Positions 51,962 to 64,000 of a stretch of DNA of 64,000 nt are shown here, one piece after another (the stretch's first letter is position 1; each line of letters begins with the position of its first letter). Made by a program: the position numbers and the translations under genes. The notes below the pieces were generated by a model that was not told the DNA's origin, did not search any database, and was given only the letters and a program-made list of their open reading frames with translations. Source of the stretch: Marsupella aquatica (Eukaryota > Plantae > Marchantiophyta); assembly GCA_973895155.1 (NCBI GenBank), contig OZ316892.1, positions 13,637,270 through 13,701,269 on the forward strand, read 5' to 3'.

Positions 51962-52384
51962 TTGTTCCGACTACCAACGATCCACCATCCCCAGAAGTGA
52001 CCAAATCTCTTACGCGAATGCTTCCGTCGTCAAGTATGCTCACAATTTAGGGCTTTGCGGCGAAACCACATTCCCGTAGATCGGACGTGAAGTACCTCAT
52101 CGAAAATCCGCGCAAAACTTTCCAATCGAAGCAGAAATGGATCCTTGAATCGCTGCCTCTGTCACCCTTTGTTTCGAGCATACCCTTTCTCTTTCTGCCA
52201 TACAGAGCTCACAACAGGCAGCTTCTTACTAGCCATCCTCCTTCTCTGGCTCTATCGGAGATGGTGCTCTGCAACCACCTGGTGGATGGGTTCAAAGCTC
52301 CCCTTCAAAACCGAAATTACATTGTCGTGCACTAAAGATTTCATTGCACAAAGATGTCATTTGCAAAAAAATGTTTTTTCAAAA

Positions 52385-52608
52385 GCCCTATAAGGCACGG
52401 CACAAGGAGGGCTGGCCCATAGGGAGTTGAGCCTGAGCATTTATGGGGCAGCGTGGGGAAGCACATATGCGCCAGGGGGTGCCCATTTCTTTCATCAATG
52501 GTCAAAGAAAACGACCAAATGAATCCAACGGCTGTGGATCTTTCCCGCCCAGGAGCTCTTTTGTATTGCAATGAAGGATGAAAAAACATGGGATCCCTTA
52601 TTATAGTT
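52385..52608 (-). mobile_element. ~225-bp mini-Helitron-like element, copy 1 (inverted relative to 54470-54693)
   Basis: Reverse complement aligns to 54470-54693 (actataataagggatccc...ggaaagatccacagcc...ccctatgggcc.gccctccttg). 3' hairpin degenerate. Confidence 0.6.
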
Positions 52609-53538
52609 ATAGAGATTGCAAAAAATGTCATTTGCGTAGAAGATGATGTTGTGCAAATGATTTCATTGTGTAAATGATATGATGTTGCAGAGAAAATGTA
52701 GTTGCGCAAAGAGCAAGATGACCATTCGCAAAACACTTCAAAAATGGAAGAAAGTAAAAAATACTTCTTGCTCATCCTTCTTTCTTTGCCCCTAATTGTC
52801 ATACCCACTTACCATGGAGTGTAGACTATATGTATCCATACCTTGCACTTCCCATACCATGTACTCATGTGAATTGTATTCACTACACATTGGGCCAGTA
52901 CTCCTATACAGTTGCTAAGTTTATAGCATGTCCCATTTTCAGATGATAATCATGCGGCCCAAGAAACTAAGAGAGTAAATCTGAAGGGGTGTCATGGATT
53001 CAATCCAAAAGTTACTTGAACTGACTAAGACTCCTTTTGGCAAGATTAGATATTACTGTGGTTGATTTGTTGTTTAATAAAGTACTTTACAACCTGATTT
53101 ACAAGACTGGGTGGCCAACAATTTAGCTTCAGTTTCAAGATTTTGCTTTTTAGATTTGATGACAACTGTTCACTTTGGTATTACATGAAGTTGAGAGGCT
53201 ACATCTACTGGGGTTGATTTCCCCCAAATAACTGTGTACTGCAAAATTTGGCCAAAGTTTAAACCACTTTGAGAGGTGGTATTTTGAAAGGACTTCTTGA
53301 TCGCTAATTTTGGCCAATGTTTAGACCACCTCTCGAGGTCATATGTTTCTAGGCTGTCATTGCAAGTGTGTTGTTTTTTTCTACTTGGTTCTTGTTTGTG
53401 CGATCAGGTTATGGTTGCAGAAGTGTACTCATTTCAATTGGGTGGTTGTTGCAAAATTATTGTCTTTTTTGTTCAATGCTATTGTTGCAAAAGTGATGTT
53501 GTTGGGGAGGCATGTGCAAGGGAGAGCAGGGACGGGAG

Positions 53539-53886
53539 TGTTGAGCATAGACGACAATCATAACGGCAAGCCCATGAACCATCAAACGCACAAGAATCGA
53601 CACAGAGAGATCATATGTGGTTCACCTTCACATGAGACTACGTCCACGGGAACACACATGAGCTTTATTGCACTCTAGGCCGATCGGCCATCCTAAGCAT
53701 CCACAGCATAAGCTCTCCCTATCTCTCAAATGGCTCCATAACAATGAGCCTGAGTTTCCACTCTCCAAGCAAACACCGCTTGGGTATAGAGTGTGCACAA
53801 CATGAGTAACCTAACCAAGTCTATGACTAAGGTTAGCCTTAACTATGGTACAGTCGTAACTCTAGACCTAAGAGTAAATCCTAAGA
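53539..53886 (-). mobile_element. Solo LTR (348 bp) flanked by 5-bp target-site duplication GGGAG
   Basis: gggag|tgttgagc...aatcctaaga|gggag; terminal CA appears mutated to GA. Homologous to 41951-42260. Confidence 0.8.
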
Positions 53887-53910
53887 GGGAGCAGGGCAAG
53901 TGTAAGACAA

Positions 53911-54200
53911 GAAAGCAAGAGATCAATTTGTACCATGGTGCCAAGGCATGTTAGTGTTTGATTTAGAGAGATATGAATGTTTTCTAAAGACAACTCCATA
54001 GATTCCTGTCCTCACTTTGCACTTCTAGAAGTTTTTGAGCTATTAACTTTGAAATTCAATGTCACCCTTGATATGCAATAGGAATCTAATTTTTGGGTTT
54101 GATACAAAAGGGTGGAAAGGTATTTGCATTGAGCCTAATTGTCAAGTTTCATTGAGAGTAGAGAGACCAACAAATTTGTACAAATTGATCTCTTGCTTTC
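53911..54200. repeat. Perfect 23-bp inverted repeat around a ~245-bp spacer (MITE-like)
   Basis: gaaagcaagagatcaatttgtac (53911-53933) and gtacaaattgatctcttgctttc (54178-54200). Confidence 0.85.
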
Positions 54201-54469
54201 CTTTCACATCTCACTATTTCACTTAACAATGTAATATGTACTATGTGGGGGGAAAATAGGGGTTTGCATACCATCTGGTGCACTTTGGCAAACTGGGAGG
54301 TCCACCTTCAATTTCCAGGCAGAAAAACAAACAAACTGGTAAGTTATAATTGGGGATGCCCAGAAGAGGTTTGTGGTAGAACTGTCAAGGCCAGTAGAGG
54401 GACTGATTCACAATGGGGCATGTCAAAGCACTATCATAATCAAGGTCTTATGGGTGTAATTAGTGTACA

Positions 54470-54693
54470 ACTATAATAAGGGATCCCGCCTTTTTTCGTC
54501 CTTCATTCCAATACAAAAAAGCTCCTGGCCGGGAAAGATCCACAGCCATTGGATTTGATTAGTTGTTTTTGCTGACCATTGATGGGAGAAATGTACACCC
54601 CTAGCACATATTTGCTTCCCGCTTTCAAATGCCCCGGCCAACCCCTATGGGCCTGCCCTCCTTGCACAGTGCAAAGCACTGGCATAGGGCTCG
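54470..54693 (+). mobile_element. ~225-bp mini-Helitron-like element, copy 2
   Basis: 5' actataataag; 3' hairpin cagtgc-aaa-gcactg, then 8 nt, then CTCG|T (a variant of the CTRR|T end). Confidence 0.62.
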
Positions 54694-54841
54694 TCAGGCA
54701 TAAAATGACAACTTGTCATTGTAGACATCTGATCCTCATGGGCCCCTTTATAGGTATCCATTTAAGGTTTTTTTGTCATGGCCATAGAAGCAAGCTTTTC
54801 ATCGCAATTAGTTATATAATTAATTTTTACCATAATAAATT

Positions 54842-55640
54842 GGTGTCTAAAAATGTGGAATATTAATTATGCACTGAGAAATAGATATATAGATAATTTC
54901 TAATGTGAGAAAACCAAATGAAGCGAGGATAGACCTCTGAGTTTGTCAAAATGTTCCGATTTTAGTAACTTAGACTGACCCCATTTTACTCACAATGTCA
55001 CAGGGAATATTCTTAAAAGTCCATACTGATTGTGTGATTTCTGTCTATTGTACACGGGAGCATAATTTTCGGGAAAAAATGGTGTCTAAAAATGTGGAAT
55101 ATTATTCAGTGAGAAATAAACCAAGTGTGATTTCTGTCTACGGTCCATGGGATGGGAGCATAATTTTAGTGGAAAAAAGGTGTCTAAAACTGTGGAATAT
55201 TATTCAGTGAGAAATAAACCAAGTGTGATTTCTGTCTAGGGTCCATTGGAGAATCATTTTAGTGAAAGACGGTGTCTTAAAATGTGGTATTATTCAGTGA
55301 GAAATAAACCAAGTGTGATTTCTGTGTAGGGTCCATGGGAGCATCATTTTAGTGAAAAAGGGTGTCTTAAAATGTGGTATTATTCAGTGATAAATAAACC
55401 AAGTGTGATTTTTGTTTACGGTCCACGGGAGCATCAGTTTCCTGAAAAAAACTGGGTCTAAACATGTGGAATGTTATTCAGTGAGAAATAAACGAAGTCT
55501 GAATTCTATCTACGGTCCATGGGAGCATCATTTTCGTGAAAAAACTCGGTCTAAAAATGTGGAATATTATTCAGTGAGAAATAAACCAACCGACTGCGGC
55601 CAAAATGTGGAATATTATTCAGTGAGCAATAAAGCAACCG
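54842..55640. repeat. ~90-98-bp minisatellite array (about 6 copies plus partial units) upstream of the complex I gene
   Basis: Unit ggtgtctaaaaatgtggaatattattcagtgagaaataaaccaagtgtgatttctgtctacggtccatgggagcatcattttagtgaaaaa starts at about 55081, 55179, 55271, 55362, 55455, 55547; partials at ~54842 and ~55602. Confidence 0.93.
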
Positions 55641-55999
55641 AGTGAGGCGGAAGGGAAAGCACGGGACGCCTGTCCGTTGCTTCGTGTTTCGCCCGAAGAG
55701 AATCAGCCTCGAGGGAGAGGCGGGACCGCTGATTTTCGCAAGACGGATTGTAATTTTGGGAGCCGATGTTCTGTAGAGCTGCCCAAAGCAACATTGCGGA
55801 GTAGGTTACTGAGAACCCAGGGGATCGCTTCGCATCAAGCACCGATGAGCACTCGAAAAAATCGGAGGAAAAGTGTTCGGCTTGAGTAGACGAGTAACAG
55901 TAGGTAGACACAGACGCACGAGACGAAGAAGGGGTGAGGGATTGGAACATATAGGTATCACAGAGGCCGACAGAAGTGTTGGGTGCACGGAGGGCGAAG

Positions 56000-58900
56000 A
56001 TGTCTTCGCTTCTTCACCGGCGATACCCTCTCCGAGTGATTTTGAGGCGATCGCTCGGTGTAGGTCCTCGATCTGCGAGAGGATTGGCTTCAGATTTCGA
56101 TGTAATCTCGAGAGGAGCAGAAAATGGCAGCGGAGGACAATTGGGGCGTAGGCTTTCGGCAATTGCGTGGCGCTCAGGAGTACTTGGGAGGCATTCCAAT
56201 GGCTTCTCGGCAAAGGAGACGCAGGTGGAGAGCTGGATTACGGGGAGCCGATCGCAGCTGGGCGGAGTTCGCCTTGCGGCGAGTGTGGCTGTGCAGCAGG
56301 CTCCGGGGCCAAGAGTTCCGAAACCGGAGGATATGATCGAAGTGAGCGTGGACGGGAGTCCTGTGAGTGTTACGAAAGGGATGACCGTGCTGCAAGCTTG
56401 CGAGGTTGCGGGAATTGACATTCCCAGGTTTTGCTATCATCCGCGTCTGTCGATTGCAGGCAATTGCCGCATGTGCCTCGTTGAAGTTGAGAAGACGCCT
56501 AAACCCGTGGCCTCCTGTGCTATGCCCGCGCTTCCAGGTACTGTCCCTCTTCTGGACTCTTGCTCTGCTCGGGGTTTGTTAAACTTTTGCCGTACCTGAT
56601 TAATGAAGATGAGCAATTCTAACGACACGATTGCGTGATGTACCGATAGGAATGAAAATCAAAACTCTGACTCCGCTCGTAAAGAAGGCAAGAGAAGGGG
56701 TCATGGAGTTTCTACTCATGAATCATCCGCTGGACTGCCCGATCTGCGATCAGGGTGGAGAGTGCGATTTGCAAGATCAGTCCATGGTTTACGGATCGGA
56801 TCGGGGGCGCTTTATTGAATCCAAACGGACAGTGGTGGACAAAAATCTGGGCCCCTTCGTGAAAACAGTCATGACTCGATGTATTCAATGCACAAGGTTT
56901 TCCCATTCCTCCCAACTTGTCGTCTCGCCCCAAATGTTCCCCAAATTCTTCTACTAGACTAAGCATTTCCTTAACAGGGCTAGTTTTAAGATTGTTTTCT
57001 GGCATTTGGTCTCCACGTAGCAATGGAAAGATCAGCTCGAGTGAGCTGGCATTTCAGAGGATGCTCATTCTGTGGCAAGTATAGTCGAGGTTAGGGTCTC
57101 GTATTGAGCTTCGTATACGTGTACATTTATATACCTGGATGTCGGATTTCATTTTCCCAACTCTGTCTAAAGCCTGCTACGGTATGGCATCTTCTCTGCA
57201 GAATTGTATAGTTTGTGCTGGTCATCCGTCTCAAATTTGCAGCAAGTTTTGATGACACGGGATAAATGTATCTTCGACACGATTTTCTGAGTTTTTGTGT
57301 ATTTCTGTGGCCAGAATAGTAGCGGTTTTCTCAGTGATTTTTTTCTTCCAGTAGAAACCGTCACCGGGCCTGGACATTGTCTGACTAGTTGTGCTGATCC
57401 TCTTACGGAGCAGGTGTGTGAGGTTTGCCACAGAGATTGCCGGAGTGCAGGACTTGGGTGTCTTGGGTCGCGGGGGTGCTGAGGAGATTGGAACATATGT
57501 TGAGCGCCTAATGACCAGCGAGCTCTCAGGCAATGTTATTGATATCTGTCCAGTTGGGGCCTTGACTTCAAAACCGTTTGCTTTCACAGCGAGAAGCTGG
57601 GAATTGAAGAGCACTGAAAGTATCGATGTCACGGATTCTACTGGAGCCAATATTCGAATCGACAGTCGTGGCCCGGAAGTGTTGCGTGTCCTTCCTCGCC
57701 TGAATGAGGTCTCCCTCTTTTCTCCAGTCAACTCAACCTTCTTTTTCGAATAGGAGACACTGCTCCCGGGCTCTGGTTCGTGGAGTAGCAAGAATATCAA
57801 AATATCCTTCCTCAGAAACATTCAACCAGAAGATCTGTTTCTCTGTTGTTCATGATAGAATCTATTTTGAGAAGTGCAGGCTATTCATTCGTAACACTGT
57901 TTACTTTGATGGTGATTTTCGTACTATAATCAACTTTGTGAATGAGTCTCGACTCTGAATTCTGACTAGCCAGAGTTGTTCTTTGTGTATTAGGAAGTTA
58001 ACGAAGAGTGGATATCAGATAAAGCTCGATTTTGTTATGATGGCCTTAAACGACAGAGGCTCAATGAGCCAATGATCCGTAGTGCAACTGGACAACTGCA
58101 GCCAGTTACGTGGGCTCAAGCTCTCAAAGCTGTTGCAGAGGCTGCCATCAAAACAAAGCCAAGTGAGATGATGGGTATAGCGGGAAAGCTCTCGGACGCT
58201 GAATCAATGATCGCATTAAAGGATTATCTGAACAGGCTGGGCTGTGAAAGACTTCAAGTCGAGGGAAATGGTGAAAATCCTGTTGCTGATCTTCGCTCAC
58301 ATTATCTTGTCAACTCCACTATAGCAGGCCTGGAGCAAACAGATGTAGCTCTGGTGATTGGCACAGAGGTGAGAAGAAAACCTGATTGATGGCATTTCCC
58401 TGTATGGCGCCCTAAATGGCTTGTGTGAATAAGTGTATGATTATCTCGTGAACGCCCATTGTTTGTTGTTGTGGTATTCCGTCCGTTCAGGGCCTGGGGT
58501 CTATGGCCGTTATATTTCTCCAAACCTGTGCACGGACGTGAAAATCTGCATATCTCCTTCTAATGCATAACTAACTTAACTTCCCAGCAATTGTCAGCAA
58601 GTGGTGTATGATTAGCTGTCGAGAATGGATTTCCAAGTTCACTGACCAATATCTGAGCTCGCTATTGCATTTTAAATAAAGTAGATTCTTCTCTCCAAGG
58701 TTGAGAGGTCGAGCGGTGATGACTCTTTGTATTGTCCTTATGGTGTCCGATTAGGGCTAATTGACTTGTGTTGACTTTCGTTTTTTTGCAGCTCCGGATT
58801 GAGGCTCCGCTACTGAATCTGAGATTGAGAAAATCTGTTAGGACTGCCGACACAAAAGTGGGTGTTATCGGCCCTGTCCAGGACTTGCATTATGAATTCG

Positions 58901-59700
58901 AGCACTTGGGAACCACCACTGAAGCTCTGTTGGCAGTAGCACAGGGTCAACATCCATTCTGCAAAAAATTGTTTAAAGCAAAATATCCCAGTATTGTCGT
59001 GGGTTCTGGCGTGCTGCAGCGCAAAGATAAAGAAGCAGTTCTTGCTGCTGTCCAGAAAATTGTCGAGGCGGCAGGGGTTATCAGGGACGATTGGAATGGC
59101 TACAACTTCTTGCTTGTGAATGCTGCGCAGGCTGCTGGACTTGATCTGGGATTTGTATCTGGCGCTAGAGCTCAAGCTGGGGACAAGAGTAATATTAAGT
59201 TCTTATACCTTCTAGGGGCAGATGATCTGACACCAGAAGATATCCCTGAAGATGCATTTGTGGTCTTTCAAGGTCATCATGGTGACCGAAGTGCGTACAG
59301 AGCTAATGTTATTCTTCCAGGTGTTGCTTTTACAGAAAAAGAAGGAACATATGCGAATGTGGAGGGACGTACACAAACAACCCGACCTGCTGTTCCCACT
59401 GTCGGTGATGCTCGAGATGATTGGAAAATTGTGCGTGCTCTGTCAGAGGTCACCGGAGTTACGCTGCCGTATGATACAACGAATGCGGTCCGTGCTCGCT
59501 TACTTGCAGTCGCACCTAATCTATTCAGATTGGATGGATTGGAGCCTGCCATTCCATTGCCTCGGAGTAGTTTACCGGACCCAAAAGCCAAGTTGGCTTT
59601 GTCACCTTTCCAGAAAGCCATAGACAATTTTTATATGACTGATTCTATCACCAGAGCATCAAAGAATATGGCTCAGGCCACAGCAGCATATTCAAGCTAA
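56000..59700 (+). CDS. NDUFS1: Mitochondrial complex I 75-kDa Fe-S subunit (NDUFS1/NuoG/Nad11), 5 exons: 56000-56537, 56650-56896, 57414-57708, 57994-58368, 58792-59700
   Basis: Arg/Ser-rich presequence; [22 protein letters not shown]; [19 protein letters not shown]; [13 protein letters not shown]; [10 protein letters not shown]; [11 protein letters not shown]; [11 protein letters not shown]. Confidence 0.97.
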
Positions 59701-61939
59701 GTTGTGCCCTTTTGTGGGAATTAAACTCTCCCTTGTATCAAATTTTGGATTGGACTTTATCAGCATCCAGTCTTTCGAAATCTTAGTTATTCTTTATACT
59801 GATCAGTTAGGGGCCTCTTCCGGGATAACCTCACAAGCAAGACCGCCGTATACATGTCACACAGGGATCGTTGGTCGCTGTGGTTTGTGATACCTTTCAA
59901 GCACAAATCTGCTTTAAATAAGATCAAAGCTGGTCAAATCTATATTATCGATTGTACAACAGTTTTGGCCCTCTTTGTAGCACAAAGGCTTGGTATTTCA
60001 GTATTATGTCTATCCTAAAATGAAATGCAGTTCTTTTGGGAATCCGTTTGGACTTTAAAAATGATTGAGGGTCAACAGGAAGAGCTGTTACTGTCGCTTG
60101 GATTTCAAAGTTGTGTAGGTAATGAATCATCGACATCCAGGAGTGCTAATCTGGATCATAATTCTTTGTGCAAGGAGCACTCCTGGAACCCGATACGTAC
60201 TTCCCTTAATTTCGTCCCCCGTTTTCTGTTCGTTGCCCGAGAGGTTCTCGTGTATATCACTAGAGGACTGAGTAACGGTATAACACCTACCGCTTCATTT
60301 ACTCTTGTGCTCGTTGCCTGAGCGGTTTTCGTGTTCATCACTACGGGAGTCGAATAAGGTTACTATCTACAGCGTCCCTTTGTTTCGAGGTACTTGCCCA
60401 GTTTTGAAAATGTTTCTGATATCAATGCCAATTGCATTTAGAATTGGCAAACAGTAGTGCGTTATTCGCAGGAAGGTCATCATCAGGTGGCTCTTAGTGT
60501 TGGCAACAGTATTTCGTTGCTTACAGGAAGGTTATCATCAGGTCGCCGGAAGCAAATCTTGGAGGTACGTGGGAATTTAGACTTGGAAATCCCTCGGTTT
60601 TATCTTCGGTTTGAGGAATAGTTCTCGAGCAGAAATTGAAGGGAACACATGGGACCAATTGTCAATGGACATGGAAAATCAAGAGGGCAAACATCTTTTG
60701 TACTTGAATTTCCTTTGTTAACTGACGGAGATCTAGCCACAATAGAATGCATCGAGTGCAATGGAAAGACTTTGCAAGTTTGCAACTCAACTTTGAGAAG
60801 GTATCAACAAGGCTAATTCGAAATACATACGTCCAGCAGAATATCAAAATAATATGATGTGGCATCTTCCAGAGTACTTCTTCGAGGAAGGATACATGAG
60901 TAAGAAACCTTTTATTCTCATTAGGTAGTGGCGACCTCCTCAACTTCAAAAGGGACTTCCTTAATTAGATGGTAGGGAAGTGGGGTCTGTTCACGGTAGG
61001 AGAAACATCACTTCAAACAGCAAGATGATATCAAAACACATGTTGCTCTTATAAGACACCACCTTAAGATTAAGATTGGACCATTGTCCTACTTTAGGTT
61101 AGCAAAGTGAGTCAAGGTGTTGATGTTCTGGTGACTTGAAGGAGTTGGTGCCCACAGCAAGCTATCAATTGATTCATGGACCCTATCCTACTCTCTCCTT
61201 TTATTTGTTTTTAAAATTTAATTAGAGATGTGTTTATGTGAACTATGCTCATGTGAATAGAGCATGTGGGCCCAAGGAGGAACCTAGAAGACCAAGCCTC
61301 AGTGAATTTGTTTTTGCTTAGAATTTTTTAAACCATTTTTGAAAAATATTTTCAATGAACCTAGTGTTAAATTTTATCAAATATTGAAGAGCTCATAAAA
61401 TTTTGAATGATTCTACCATTTTCTTGAGAGTCACTATGTTGGGCTGAAAATCAATTTTAAGTTTCTCGTTGATCTTCTCAATAAAACCTTTTATGCACAA
61501 AACTCCTGGAAAAAAATTTGGAATAGCTCTTCAATGATCTTGACATTGTTAAAGTTCATCCAGTACTAAAGAGCTCATGTGATTTCATCAATTATCAAAG
61601 AGTTCAAGGATTTCTTATTGCTATGTTCTTTCTTGAAAGTCTGTCTTCAGTAGAAAACTATTCTAAAGTTTTCATTATCTCTTAATGAAATCTTGTGTGC
61701 TTAAACATTTCAGCTTTTGAGTACATTGTCACTAAATATATTTGAATTTACAATATTATCATTCTTTTTATTGCATTTATATATATCTCACAATATTCGT
61801 ATATAGTTCACTTCAACCATTTATAAAACCCTGACATATTTATAGATTAAAAAAAAGCACAGTGATAATACTGTCATTAAAAGCATCTTTAGAGACACAA
61901 GTACATAAAAGTTGTTGAAGATTATATATGTTTTGGATA

Positions 61940-62470
61940 TACATTTCTAGTGAACCTAACATTGCCAGAGTTTGTCAAGCACTAAGAAGATAGTGAATTT
62001 ATAAATTTATAAGCCTACATATTTTGTCAAGTGCAAAGAAGATTCTTAGTTTCTTAAATGCTTTAGCTTTCCCATGAACTTGACATTTGCAAAATGAGAA
62101 CATGAATTTTGGATTTTTTTCTAGCTTTCCAATGAGCCTACCATTGACAGATTTTGCCAGGTATTATAGAGATCATGAGTTTATTAATTTCTCTAGCTTT
62201 CTAATGAATGTGACATTGAGCTATTGTGGCAAGTACTTAAGAGATAGAGTTTACGAGTTTCTACAATTTCCAACGAGCCTCACATTGACAGATTTCATGT
62301 CAAATGTTCTCAAATACTAAGGATATCATGAGTTTATGTATGTATTTCTATAATTTTCCAATGAATGTGACATTGGGAGATTCAGTCAAGTGGCAAAGAG
62401 ATCCCAAGTTTATGTACTTGTCTTGTTTTTTCATGAACCTAACATTGGAAGATTTTGTCAAGTACTAATT
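61940..62470. repeat. Degenerate AT-rich tandem array, period roughly 60-65 bp
   Basis: Recurring blocks (tttctagctttccaatga...acattg..agattttgtcaagtactaagaga...gagttt) seen about 8 times. Confidence 0.6.
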
Positions 62471-63744
62471 GGTTTTACAGTAAGCAACGCAAGGGTTCTA
62501 ACTATGTACATTTCTATCTGATGGTTTTTTTTAGAAACTTGCAAATAATTAAAAATATAAGCATTTTGATGAAATACATTGATATATTATTAACAAGACA
62601 TCCAATTTGTTGCTTGGTTTTACCTTGCATTTTGCTTATTGAGTTACCCAACTGGTGAGGTGAGATTGTGTTGATGACATGGATTGGTCTGGACCGTCTT
62701 TATGTCCCAGCCAATCCCCTTACTACAAAAGAAAATATTGGGTTAATGCGTGTGTCTCTGCAAAAATTTGTGAACTTTGTTGTTGCATTGCTCTCAACTG
62801 TGCCATAGCATAGCAATAAAACATGGCAGAAAAAAAGTGAAACCCTCCAGCCAGGCAGGTTTTAGCGCCCAAATGTGAATTCTCAGTGGGACAGAGATAT
62901 GAATAGATGGACATGGAAAGCAACCTGGAAAATGGGGCCCCAACAGTAGCAACGCAGTGTCTTCACCTAGAAAGTGGGGGGGGGGGGGAGGGGTGTGAAG
63001 AACTGGGGTGTGCATGTAGACATCCCTGGTTTGTTTCATTTCGTGATGTGTTTTTCAATTGTTTACATTTGATTTTTTATGTTCTTAGTCTCAAAAGCTT
63101 TTCATGGGTATTGCATTGTTTACAATGCATTTTCCTGTCTCTAGGTGACATCAAATTTGAAGAAACAAACCTTCATGTGCATGCTTCCATGCTGGGTGGT
63201 TTTCCTTTCAAGCAGCAATAAGAAGCTGCTATTATTGCAACAAAACTAACCATTCATATTAACACCAGATATCATATGACTCCGAAGCAATCTTGAAATT
63301 GGTCTATCATGAGTGCTGGGGTTTATCCGAGTTGTGTTTGAGATGTTGTGGTCCATTGGGACTTCTTTCACAAAAAACAATGCCCGTATCTTGATTATTA
63401 AACTTAAGTCAATAATACAATACATAATTTGTTGAGCTCTAAGCTCAGATTTGATCCCAAAACTAAATCTGTGTAATCCTGGTTGAAATATGTGTTTTAT
63501 AGACCTTTGGATGGAAGACTTGAAATGGAATCCCATCTGAGTTTACAGCTCGTGTATTTTATGCATTTTGTGTAGTAGAACACCTTCCAGGCAATCATGG
63601 CATTCTCCAAACCCAAGGACTTATTTGGAAGATCTCCCAAAGAGGAGGGTATTTGTGCCTGACATGAGATTTTCCAAAATACATAAGGATGAGATAAATT
63701 GAAATTTCCCTCCTACTTTGTGAACTCCTCATACATTAGTCTAA

Positions 63745-64000
63745 CTAGCCTGGACTACCCGTTCTTTGAACATGAATAGCAGGGAGGAGAATAAAATGTC
63801 ACCAAAAATAGCCCTTATTCACATTCTTTGAAGATTAATGAAATAAAAAAACAAATATCATTCATGTCATCATTTTAATAATCATCCATAACAAACCATA
63901 CTCTTTTCTATGCACATCTCTCTTTCTATGCACATGTGTTATGGTGGGACCATAGAGTACATTTTATAATGTAAATAGAAAACATGACAAAAAGCATGCA
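63745..64000 (-). mobile_element. Helitron-like 3' end, second copy (runs off the window)
   Basis: a|ctagcctggactacccgttctttgaac... collinear with 43077-43357. Confidence 0.65.

Noticed and set aside
54842-55640. CRISPR-like appearance of regularly spaced repeats
   Set aside because: The whole unit is repeated with no unique spacers, there are no cas genes, and the context is eukaryotic.

Overview
Eukaryotic nuclear DNA from a land plant; intron style, microsatellite-rich leaders and protein similarity suggest a non-seed plant such as a bryophyte, probably a liverwort (inference). Protein genes that splice cleanly: HECT E3 ligase UPL3/KAKTUS-type (8976-19426, +), plastid ABC ATPase ABCI10-type (27588-29867, +, apparent GC-AG intron), SYF1/XAB2 (36629-40827, -), a membrane-anchored beta-propeller protein (46216-47391, +), Fcf2 (51323-51961, -) and the complex I 75-kDa subunit (56000-59700, +). 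There is also one tRNA-Leu(UAA). The top finding is a 4-exon gene (32891-35890, +) whose in-frame splicing fuses a GRF-type WRC zinc finger to an intronless class-V PLP enzyme of the Cys-less VC1184-like type. It has an upstream ORF and a 3' hairpin, and is a candidate metabolite-sensing DNA-binding enzyme. Intergenic DNA holds a decayed PIF/Harbinger-like element carrying a cytochrome P450 fragment, a probable decayed hydrolase-NLR relic, LTR relics, mini-Helitrons, perfect hairpins and tandem arrays. All calls come from reading the sequence by eye; no database search was run.
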